DNA of 64,000 bases, taken from Phoronis australis. Taxonomy: Eukaryota > Animalia > Phoronida. The notes beneath the pieces were generated by a model that saw nothing but the letters and a program-made list of their open reading frames with translations, was not told the origin of the DNA and did no database searches. Both the position numbers and the translations under genes were made by a program. Location of the stretch: contig NMRA01000165.1 of NCBI GenBank assembly GCA_002633005.1, forward strand, positions 285,958 to 349,957, in the 5' to 3' direction. Each line of letters opens with the position of its first letter. Within the stretch, counting starts at the first letter, position 1. Below are positions 1-12,400 of this stretch, piece after piece.

Positions 1-1107
1 CTCACCCTGTACTTAAGTCTGACACCTCCATATCTCATCAACTGATATAGACCTGAGCTACACCCAACAATAAAGACATGCATTTGGAAGTAGTAGGGTT
101 GCTTCCAAAAAGTGTAAGTAACTTAATTATTACTGCTCATTCAATCCTACATGAGGATTGTGACTTGTCAATAGTAAACTCAAAATATAAATTGGAGTTT
201 TGAAATGTTTTATTGGATGCAGCCTGGGATATTTGAATGACTTCATATAGGTATGCAGAATCCTGTTTGATTACCGTTGATTGGGTTCTGGGTTCAGTTT
301 GTTCAAACTACCACAACATAGGCTGGATATTGTGTAAAAGGTTAATGCAAAGTTCACCTGGTGTGCGCTGAAAAAATTTGCGTGACAATTCTTGAGTATT
401 TTATTTTATTAAGGAAAAGGAGTGTAGCATGCTAAAGTTAATTAAGTGTTACCNTTTTCTGTAAACCTTGGTTAATGACTCGTATACTAGACATGTGAAA
501 TTGAATGTGCTCTCTTTTTACGTAAACTGTGAAAAATGTTGATGACAGTACAGCTAAACAGCTGAATCAGTGTAAGTACAAAAGGTACATAGCTACAGGG
601 TTAATTTGATAGCCTTGTTCAATGTTGTACTAGCTAAGATGTTATGGACATTTAACTCACCCTGTACTTAAGTCTGACACCTCCATATCTCAGCAACTGA
701 TATAGACCTGAGCTACACCCAACAATAAAGACATGCATTTGGAAGTAGTAGGGTTGCTTCCAAAAAGTGTAAGTAACTTAATTATTACTGCTCATTCAAT
801 CCTACATGAGGATTGTGACTTGTCAATAGTAAACTCAAAATATAAATTGGAGTTTTGGAATGTTTTATTGGATGCAGCCTGGGATATTTGAATGACTGCA
901 TATAGGTATGCAGAATCCTGTTTGATTACCGTTGATTGGGTTCTGGGTTCAGTTTGTTCAAACTACCACAACATAGGCTAGATATTGTGTAAAAGGTTAA
1001 TGCAAAGTTCACCTGGTGTGCGCTGAAAAAAATGCGTGACAATTCTTGAGTATTTTATTTTATTAAGGAAAAGGAGTGTAGCATGCTAAAGTTAATTAAG
1101 TGTTACC
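1..1107. repeat. Near-identical direct duplication across a single-N scaffold join (probably two haplotypes assembled in tandem)
   Basis: 1-453 reappears at 656-1107 with a few SNPs/indels (tcatca/tcagca, tgaaatg/tggaatg, ggctgga/ggctaga). The first copy ends exactly at the lone n at 454. Confidence 0.85.
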
Positions 1108-4100
1108 TGAATCACATTTCCACATGGTGCACAGGCTTTCAAACATTTGATTCAACAGTTGTATTTAGGTAAATAATGTAATTTGTACTTAAGTAGTCAT
1201 ATGTATTTGAGTATCAGGTTGTCTTAATGTTTTGTTGGAGAGGTGGAAAAGTTCATAGCTGAATCCATTGGCCGGGAATGCTCATCACTGGGTTATTTAA
1301 AATCTGTACCGACATTAACCAGAGTTCTCCCCAACTGAAAACCCAAACTTGTCGCAAGTGTGCAAACACTAACAAATGTGCCAAAAACACATGGCTTCTA
1401 ATGTTCTCTGTAGTGTAAAACTACTTGCAGTTGCATGGTCTTAAGGGGCTGGGCTAATCACATTTTGCCTTAAAGCTGCAAAGTAGTTGATTATGGTTTT
1501 AATACAAGTAACAGACTACTTTACTTGGAAAAAGTTGTTTTTGGTTTGAGTTTCTGTTATTTTGGTGTTTTTAAAACAGTGGCACCTGACATGATGTCAT
1601 ACAAAAAGCAAATCCAGTTAACTCCAGACATTAAATGTGACTGTAATTTAAAATGTGAATTTGGAATTTATTAATTAAGGAATTCCTTGTCAGATACTGT
1701 TCACACCAGTAACTTATTTCACAATCCCAATAACATAATCACCATCTGTTGAAATGTAGTGAGGTATTTGTAATATTTTGAAATTGTCGTCCTCAGAGAC
1801 TGCATGTCATGGTGCGCATTCTAATATGGCAATGTTTGAGCTGAAATAACTCAAAAATGGAGTTGGTAACCCTGTACTTTGTACACAACACAAGTGGTAT
1901 CAGACTTGAGGGAGATTTAACAATTTTGTAACTTATAGAGGAAAGGCGTTTATACTTACGCCTTTATGTCAACTGGGAGATGAAGCCATTAAAATATCAT
2001 CATAATGAAAAGGAGATTAATCTGTTTTCAAAAGGATTTTGATCATTAATTTAACAACTAGAGGTCGGGTTTTTCAGTAACCTGTGTCAATATCTTATTT
2101 TTGCCAAAATCCCTTTGTTTAGTTGCAGAGATTGGAATTTTCCTCTTTTAAGAGGATTTTCCTCTTTTTTGGTTTCAATTCCCTCTTATTGAATTTCCAG
2201 TTTTCTCTATTATCGTCTCTTTTTCATAATTAATTTAACTTGCAGTTAAATTTTAGAACACAAAAATATTTCTATCACGCAAGCCTATTCATATATTTGC
2301 AGAATGATACATCACTTTGAAAAATTTTCTCTTTTTTGTCATGTAGTAGGCAGCTGTAATGAAGCAATCTTAATTGGTGACCCCCACATTTTTTGCAAAT
2401 TTGTCTCAGGCCTAGACCTAAAATACAAAATATAAAAATTTTATCAAATCAAAGATAAACTGAAACTGTCACACCCTGTTAAGTGTACATTTACCTGCTT
2501 TGTTACTGATGTGTTTATATAGTAATTCCATAGCAGCGCATCAAAACATTTGTTTCAACTTTTTGTCTTTGATACCTTATTTATGAACTAGTCACATTTT
2601 TTGAAGCTGCAGTACCTGCCTAGGTCACTTTACATAGCATCGCGTTTGCCTGTCTTCCGTAATTAGTCACTTCAGGTGGAACTTTGACCTATTACTTGTG
2701 ATAAAATTCCTGGCTGTTGAATCTTATCACAATAGTGCAGCAAACAGGTTCAGTGTTCTACAACAGGCTTAGATAACTGCTGGCAAATTGTTCCTGGAGA
2801 TAATTTTATTTGTGTTTTGATTGTTTAAATCGTTGTAATTTTATCATGACCTAATCTGATCTGGAGTAATAAAAAACTAGTTATGGTACAGTAAGTTACA
2901 ATACCAAAAATGTGCTTTCACATTAGCTTGAAAAATGTAAGATACTAGATGAATTAGTAATGTTACCGTAATCGTCTGGGTTAATACCTATATGCGACTT
3001 ACTGCCTACCTTGCTGTATTCGGGTTGGAAAATAGTCGAACTCTGTTACTCGTGAGGTGCAAAGTCTATTCAGCTCCCTGGGCATTTAGCTGTTCGACCC
3101 GGCTTCCAGTAATTAGTATTTTTAAATTCCAATGCTTGGCTTTAAATGCTCACCCCTCGATATTGAATACCCTAATTTATGACTACAGTATTATACCTTA
3201 AAGCTTCTAGGACTGACCTGCTTTGTACATATGTTGTCAGAGTTATTGGAGATGCAAAGTTTTATATTAATTCTATACTATACGCCTTCTTTCTTGGTGT
3301 TCACAGTGCAAAATTTTCAACCTTGAATGCATCGAGTCAAAAAGTCACAAACCACAACTCAAACTTTCCTAGAGTCTAGACCGTTTAACTCTGATTCGCT
3401 GTTGCCATACCTCTCAAATGTCTGACAGTCAACGATGTTGACACATAATGGCGCTCAATTCTCATTGCCCAGAATGATATACTTAAACTCTGTGCTCTCA
3501 GTTGGCCTTGCGTGATTCCACAATCAAATATTGAATCCCTGATGTTCAGTTTTTCATTGATTTTGATCACAGGGCTTTTAAGCAATCAACAAAGTCATGC
3601 ATGTAAAATGTGGAGTAACCATTGTTGATTTTTAGTGTTGCACCCATTGGAGACTGAATCCACCATATTTGTGAAAATTGTTACCTACCGGTATATGATC
3701 TACAGAAATAAAAACAAGAACATGGTGGTTTATCCCATACGTGTTGAATTCAGTCGAGTGCAATACAGTCATGTGATACAGTTTTCCATAACTCCCTCCC
3801 AGGCTACTTCAACAGTACCCTCTGACATGGTTAAGTTCAAAAGGTAGTGTCAACTCGATGTCGTTAGCTGGTTCGATCATCAAATTTTACCAAAAAAGTT
3901 TAAAGTAATGAAATTGCAGAAGTATAGATAACACTCAACATGCAATCAGGTCCCAAACATACCATCTGGTACAAAACTTACCGGTAATTATATGACACTT
4001 CTGTCTCAGTTTTGTTTACTTTAATTTTGTCTGCAACTGTGTTGCCGTTTCCAGCTTGGTAACTACAATGTTGAATATTAATGTTATTTAATTATTTTCA

Positions 4101-4134
4101 GGTAATGTGACAAGTTCAATGCACAATTACCATT

Positions 4135-5247
4135 AACGCATTCCAAAATAATATGAGATTTTCACAAAGTCTCAAAAATTTTTTTCACTCAATTCAATTG
4201 AAAGTGGGTGCAATAGATAGTCTTTTTAGTTGTGATGTCATTTCAAAATTTACTTTGGCAAAATGAGCTTTTAATTAGCTGTAATTAATGTTTGAAAACT
4301 CACGTTCCATGTGACAAAGGGCATTTCTCACATGGAACATTGCATTCTCACATGTGACATTTGAATGTTCCATGTGAGATTTTTTGAGTTGTGCCATGTT
4401 ACAAATAGAAATGGTACATGGCACAAACACTATATTTGTGACATGGGCTTTTCATAGCACAATGATATAATGAATTTTAGGAGAAATTTTTGCATTTAGT
4501 CAATAAAAATGATTGTTTTACAAAATGGTTGAATGTTTAAACAATAAAGTGCGATGCCTAATTATCAATAAGATAATGTTTAGACCANNNNNNNNNNNNN
4601 NNNNNNNNNNNNNNNNNNNNNNNNNNNNNNNNNNNNNNNNNNNNNNNNNNNNNNNNNNNNNNNNNNNNNNNNNNNNNNNNNNNNNNNNNNNNNNNNNNNN
4701 NNNNNNNNNNNNNNNNNNNNNNNNNNNNNNNNNNNNNNNNNNNNNNNNNNNNNNNNNNNNNNNNNNNNNNNNNNNNNNNNNNNNNNNNNNNNNNNNNNNN
4801 NNNNNNNNNNNNNNNNNNNNNNNNNNNNNNNNNNNNNNNNNNNNNNNNNNNNNNNNNNNNNNNNNNNNNNNATTTTTATTGACTAAATGCAAAAATTTCT
4901 CCTAAAATTCATTATATCATTGTGCTATGAAAAGCCCATGTCACAAATATAGTGTTTGTGCCATGTACCATTTCTATTTGTAACATGGCACAACTCAAAA
5001 AATCTCACATGGAACATTCAAATGTCACATGTGAGAATGCAATGTTCCATGTGAGAAATGCCCTTTGTCACATGGAACGTGAGTTTTCAAACGTTAATTA
5101 CAGCTAATTAAAAGCTCATTTTGCCAAAGTAAATTTTGAAATGACATCACAACTAAAAAGGCTATCTATTGCACCCACTTTCAATTGAATTGAGTGAAAA
5201 AATTTTTTGAGACTTTGTGAAAATCTCATATTATTTTGGAATGCGTT
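4135..5247. mobile_element. Foldback/non-autonomous DNA transposon with long TIRs and a 4-bp TSD
   Basis: 4135-4510 is the reverse complement of 4872-5247 (~376 bp, only a few mismatches). Termini are AACGCATTCC...GGAATGCGTT, flanked by CATT (4131-4134) and CATT (5248-5251). The centre lies in the N gap 4588-4871. Confidence 0.8.
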
Positions 5248-6463
5248 CATTGTTTTCATCTGTGTTATTTTTTTTCAAGTAGTAAATTGTTGCATTTAGA
5301 ACTGTAGTTGCTCTTGCTAAAAGAAAACTTGTAACATAATGCACAAGTTGATACATATATAGGATGTGACCTGCCACCTGAACAGTCTGGGTGAAGTGTT
5401 TAAAAAAATCTGCTGTAAAAATGAAAGAAACTTAAGAATTTGAAGCGCATGGGATAGATACAAAACGTACCTCAATTGGCGTACATGAAGTAATATCCCA
5501 CTCAACATTATTAGGTTGGAACGCGGAATAATGTTTCATGGGATATGACTTCATCTACGCCACTCTCGATACATTTTGTGTATAATCCCTGCGTGACTTA
5601 GCTGAGCGTTACAATTGACAGCATTCATTCATCCCCACCACGCTCAATATTAACAAGCTTGAGAAAATTTATTTGGAACTTACCGGGTATGTCTACTTGT
5701 CTCACGCAATGAGATACAAATATGTTGTCTCGCACTATTAAATTTAATCAAGTGCATCACTATATGTAAGCAACGCATTTTTGTCGCAAAATTGAGTTGA
5801 GTTTACCTACCTACAGTAACTACAACTGTGGTGCTATGTGTCCTGGTCACATGATGCATTGATGTGTGAGAACGACGCTGTGCACATTTTACGACAGTAA
5901 GAATCTTGAGACCTGTCATTTGATTATGTACAGCTTTGCATGAAATAGATAATTTTGTAGTACTTTAACTGCAGATTTCCATCTCATGGTTTGAGTTTGT
6001 ACTGAATATGAACCGTATATGGGAGAAATAAGTTAACCACAAAAATGTTCTGTGACTCATGCCTGCCATGTTTTGTTGCAAAAACTGAGTCTGTGGCTGA
6101 CCATATTCTCAGTAACTGTCGAAATTTTTCGACGTGGACATTTTTAATTTACGGCTTACAATACTTAAAGAATACAACGTCCCCCGCATCGACCGCAGCT
6201 GCACGTATAGTCCAGATTTATCCAGTTTCTGTATGCTTTTAAGTAGTACACTTTACTGTTTTTATTTGGTAAAACAAAGTGCAAGTGAGCACTACGGTGA
6301 GCAGTGGGCACTTGATCAGAAAATTTTTTATAAGTATGGGGTGGCCACTTTTGTGAATGCGATGTTGAGGCGTTAACCCGAATTTTTACTGTAGTACCTC
6401 GTAATATACGCCAGCTCCTATGTTTATTTCAGAGATGTGTCTAACACTGCTGGTTGAAAAGTC

Positions 6464-9400
6464 ATGCCTCACAAGAGTAAGCAGACATCAGAGAAGGTAT
6501 CCGGGGCTACTGACAGAGATCCTGTCAGCCGATCGGCCAGACTGAGATACTCATGGGGCTCCACCCGGGATAACCCACTTGTCACTAATGCTCTAGGGCA
6601 TCGCAGATGTCGAAGCAATATCAGGAAATTTGATTTTTCCTTGAAAACACTTACTGCAAGTGGTAAGATGATTTTTAAACAATACCATATATGGAGACAA
6701 TTTTTTGTCATTTCACAAATATTTTGTGGCACAAAAGTTGTCTTAAGTGAAACTGTACAATCATGCTGTGTCTGTAAGCTAATATATAATTCTGAGTATC
6801 TAAGGAGTTCAGTGGATCAAACCCCGAAATGATCGCTGTAGCAGGCTATACTCATGTAGTCTCTTAATGGTTCTAGGATTAAAAGTTCAAACTTATTGTA
6901 AGGAAAAGAACTTTGAAAGAACCAAAAAATAGTTAATTTTTTAGAGGTCATATTTTTAAAATGGCACGGCATTGTGCTATGACAGAAGCATGCGAGTAGT
7001 TATCTTAACTCAAACCTTGAAGCTGTATGCATGTGTTTATATGTAAGAATTGAGTTCATTGCGAGTGATATCATATCCATTACAGACAGTTTCTCCACTG
7101 GTGATGGTGCTCAAAACTTAGGCTTCAAGATATCAGAGTCCACGTGTAACTTACCTTTACCTGAAGTGGAAGGCAGCAGGAAAGATGATTCATTCCAAAA
7201 AGAAGTACGATATTTACTCTCCTAGTTACAGCACCTGATTTCAATCTCCCATTTTTCTTCAGTATTTTGTGGTTATTGAAAATTGTTTCATCGAGTCTGA
7301 AATTCTTCCAGATTTGAAATTTTAGTTCTTGAAAAGCTCTTTTCCATTGCTCACTGTTTTTACCTTTAAAGAGTAGTTTTGTGACCATTGATTTTATCTA
7401 TTTTTGGTGAACCAAGTGTTAACTCAATTACAATAATATTACAGAAAAATGTTGAATATAAATCGTTAAATGTTGAACTAAACCTTGTTTGTTAAATATT
7501 TGTGCTAAAATATGTGGATGTGTTTGAGTTGATAGACTTTAGTTGATTTCGTACTTACCAGGTGGCCCAAAAAACTCAGAAGTACCTGATTGGTCAACTC
7601 GAAGCTGAAGTTGATGTTACTATTGACCGCATGGTAAAAAAGCATGGAGGTTTTAACGAGGCTCTCCTATGGGTTGTTGCTAACCTTGCACCAGAGGTCA
7701 AAGTTCATACATATGTCAATATTTTGCTTCACCGCGGTGCCGCTACAAGTGCTGCAGATGAACACCAGAGGACAGCACTGCACTATGCTGTAGAGCACAA
7801 CTACGTTTCGGTGACCCAGAAATTGCTGGTTCACAAGGCCAGTCCTGACTTCAAGGACAAAGAGGGCATCTTGCCTCTAACAATTGCTTTGAGGAATGGC
7901 AATGACCAGCTGGCATCTCTATTGGTGGAATTCATGTCAAATAGAAGGTAAACAAAAGTTTGTGTTTTTTATTTGCTTTAAGTAGATTCCTTTTTATTTA
8001 TTCCCTTGGATTCTATTCTCTAATTAAGTTTTCCAAATTATTGTCTTTATTGACGGCATCTGCTTCAGTTCTCTGTCTGGTAATAGGTTAGTATGTAGGA
8101 GAGTGTCGCCCTCATTCAAAGTACAGATTGACCAACGTAGTACCTGGATAATCAAAGAAAACAAGTAGCTGAGTGAATGCCTAAGGATGACAAACTTGTT
8201 AAGATAAAACCATTGCAAACATCCTGAGATTGTCACATAGGAACGAAACAAAGAATTCAACCAGAAACTGTACATTACATAGAAAGGGGAAAACCACTCA
8301 CTGATTTAGCTCATATTATGTTCTTACCAAACTTCTGTAAGAGAGCCCCATTTTTTACTGTCTATTTTTAGTGTTTTCTGAGTTTACATATTTCTGTAAA
8401 GTGTCTATAACTTGACGTATTTTCTGTCAAAAGTTCTAGTTCCGATGTAGCCCACTTAAAATTAGTCTTGTTTCTTAATCATTTTAGAAGTTATCTGTAC
8501 TCAGTAAGTTGTGGCAGTTATTTCTTCAAACTCAGCTCATGAACTTTCAGAGCTTTCCAAACTTAGTCACCTTTTTGACATAGGGACAATTTAAGATCAA
8601 TTTCATAAGTGGACTAAATCAAAACCATTTTGACACTGGTTTAATGCCCACTCAACTTGAAAGTTTCTTCGATGCTCTAGCTCCAAGATGCTAACCTTTA
8701 GTGATTGCTCTTTTAATTTCTTGTTTCTCACAGTGTGCGAGCTCTCTTCTGTACCCATGGCGACAGTCCTGCCGAGTTTAGTTGCCATGACCTCATTAGA
8801 CGAGGGTTGAAGGTGGGCGTTATTTTTGTCTTTATTAACACTAGCACACAGTGCTGTAAGGACTATTCAAAATTTTGAAATACTTTCCTATTCCAGAAAG
8901 TGTACTGAAATTTTTGATGTGTTATTTTTTGTGCTCTAGAACTGAAACAATGATATAATGCATATGTGAAAGTTGTACGATGTTGAAATTTTAATTCTTT
9001 TGAATGTAAAATTTTAAGAACATAAAGCAATACAGCAATGCTGTGATCGATCGTTCTAAGTAGTTTTCAGCCCTCCTACTCAAGACAGTCGAAATTCTTA
9101 AGCAAATTTTTTGCCAGCATGGTTATGTGCCCACAAAAACGAGAGTTGCCGGCAAAACTAAGCATTTCATTTCACTTTTTCATATACACGAATAACTTGA
9201 CTTTGTCCAGTTTATGGACCCTGATTTACTGAAGCTTTCATCACAACCATTTTGCATTATGAATTCTCAGTAGAAAATATACAATCTCTGGCAAACACTG
9301 AGTGCATAACATGTTGAACTAATTAAAATTAGATCTTAGCATTAAATCTTTCTAGATGCAGGGTGAAATGGATAAGATTAACACTAATGAGTCGTGCTTG

Positions 9401-12400
9401 ATTGGAGGACAACACCTGTGCATTAGTTATGTCTCCTATTGATTGCAGTGTCTTCATTATCTCCAGATTAATGTCGCAGCTTGTCTGACTTGTGACAAAC
9501 TACCTAAGGGTTTGAAATGGTAAACACTTTAAAATAATTCCACGAGTGTCACATTGTGTTGACAATATTTCTGTTCTAGTCTGGAACTATTTGTTGAGTG
9601 ACAATGGGAGTGGCAGTTAATGACATGTCTAGCAAATCTTAAGGCTTAACATGACTTATCACATAATAAACACCATTTTTGGAAAAATCGAAGAGTAGAA
9701 ATTAGCGGATTCCTGATATCAGAAGTTGATGTTACAATAATTCATCATTCATCTCTACCCTGTGTTTGTGTGTGGGGGTGCGTTAGTGTTTGTGTGTGTG
9801 TGCCTAATGTAAAACCTTTGCTTATGTTGCTATAATTTAACAATTTGCTAGAAGTCCGTTGGGCACTACTCCTTTGTCATGAAAGTCGGAATCCAGTTAC
9901 AAATGGTTTCATTCTTCTGCCTGAGCCAGACAGCAGAAATCGAAACTACACGTGATGCAAACCAAGAATGTATTTAGAATAAAAAACAATGTCTGAAGAA
10001 TGGTGGTGAATTATTGTGACATCAGCGTCTGCTTTTTGGAATAGTTAAATACTTTTAGACTTAACATTTTTAGCGAAGTGTTGAAAATTCCTGAAATTTT
10101 TCTTTATGGTGTTTTTACGTTGTGGTGCTGTATGTATCATGACGACAGCATTGTCATAGCAACCTGCTTCTGGTGGATTCCACACTAATCATGGATTATG
10201 TTATACAGAGTGAGACAAAAACATCAGCTTAGTGAATGTATTGCAGCTTCACCATTGTGTTTGCCTTTTCACCAGGCTGAGAACTAACACACATTAGTCA
10301 CAATCTTAACTAATGAAAAAGCATTCAGACTTTTCTGCCATGAGAGAAGTACCAGTAACATTCTTTTCGGAGGCTTTAACGCCCCTTTTTCCATTTTTGA
10401 AAACCATTGTTTTGTTTTGACTTTTGCAGTAGAACCCCATTTTCGGATGCAAAGATTCATCACAATTTTTATTTTTTCAAGCTTGTACATTGTAGTTCGG
10501 CTTGCCGTTATTAGTGCTGTGTGGGACACAGTCATGAAGCAGTAAATGTGGTTATACGTTAGTCATGTGAGATCGATGTCTGTTGTACTGTCATCTGCTG
10601 TGAGCCCATGTGCAGAGCAATATTGCTGCTTTGTGCATCAAATTTTTTGCCCACATAGATCGCAAAAAGTTTTTTATCAGAAGTATGCCATGTAAGCCAC
10701 TTCAATAAGAAGCGCTTGTAGCAAAGCTACAAAACGAAACATTGTTCTTCTAGTTGTCTCTAGTCATAATTGTTAATGTGCAAGTCCCCAGATGTCGCAG
10801 ATAATGTTATTTATGATGAATAATTATGTCATTTCAGAAAACAGTGCTATCTGTGTTTGACTGCTTGGTTGAACAGTCTGGTACACCGTCGCAGTACCGT
10901 GTCTACTATCATGTACTGGAGGGTGATGAACAGGGTCGTGCCCCTAATCATCCACTGTTTGACCAGCACTCCGCGTCATGCTTACAACTAATTGCCAAAC
11001 TGGGTGACAAGGTATAATTTTTCTCCATTTTGCGTTGTAACTGTGACAAAACTTGATTGGGTATGATTGCTTCCACGCTAATCATGAATTCTGAAATTTT
11101 TGCTTTTCCCATGAAACATACTTCATTTTCTATGCTCTGAAGGGGAAAGCAAATTGTTTTTGATGCCATCCTTAATTTAAAAATGAGATTCCTTGGTTAT
11201 ATTGGATTGACATTTTCCCTGTAACCGTTGCCTGACGTGTGTTAAGTATCCATAGAACAAAAGGTGATGTTAACAACCCAGCAAAAGCCTGTATCTTGTT
11301 TCTGCATTGACTTCCATAGGATGCCAAAGCAGTTTGTGTACTGTGGCCATCAGAATTGTGTGTGCTATTACTGACACGCAGATATGGGGCGTTCACGTCC
11401 TATTGTTTCATAGATAGTATATTCACACCAGGGCAACAGCAATTAATGCCGAAAAATGTATGCCCAAGGTAACGAGGGATCTCTATTCTTTAAGGTAATT
11501 GACAACTTCCATTACCCTACCTATGTGGCCATCTTTGAATGGGCAGTCTCTCTTTGTTCCATTGTATTTCTGTCAGGGTATTAATTGAGATGTTTTCAGT
11601 ACATAAAATTATTATGTTCACACTTGTTCTAAGTGTACCAAAGAAAACATCACATGTCATTTGTCATATTGTGCTTGATTTTACTTCTGTATCTGTTTAG
11701 AAAGGATGTGATTTTGTCCGAAAACTGCAGTTGATCCATAAAATTGTTTTATTTTACATTACATAATGATGGACATTTATCCTTGTGTTTCAAGCTATCT
11801 GTTGTTGAAATAAAGGTCATTTATAATGACCAAATAGTGTTACAAATTATAAGAATTATAATGGAATAACGGACATTCTTCAGGTTGAATTTGTAAGATA
11901 GGGGAAGGGGGGGGGGCATTATTTCACCTGACATTTGTGATTATTTGCAGGACATTGTCTATCATGACTGTGTGAGGTTACTACTGAGAAAGAAATGGAA
12001 GGATTATGCAAAGTGGAGATTTCAGTAAGTGTGTTAGACGCATGTACATTTACAGTTTAGAATAATCTGGCAGCGACTCCTGTAGACAAGATTTGTTGAA
12101 CACTCAACAATGTATTTGTTAGATAATTTTCTACTAGTGTTCGAGCGAATATCATTGAAAATTATTAATCATTGTTATTTTTGTGTATTCTACAGATTAT
12201 CTCATACAGTTTATGGTACAATCTCACATGTTTAGGACTGGATATGGTGGACAAGTGAAATTTCATTTTCTCATTTTTCTGTAAAAGACACGTAGCATCA
12301 AATTAATGCTTTTCCATGTTCAAGGTTTGTACCATATTTACCTCCAGGCAGTGTCATTTGCATAAATTTAAGGCATTTCCTACAATGTTAGAAGCTCTTA

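Noticed and set aside
1-1107. Apparent LTR pair or segmental duplication
   Set aside because: The copies break exactly at a single N and differ by allele-like SNPs, so a haplotype/scaffolding artefact is more likely.
4513-4905. ORFs of 124-130 aa
   Set aside because: Almost entirely N-gap translation.
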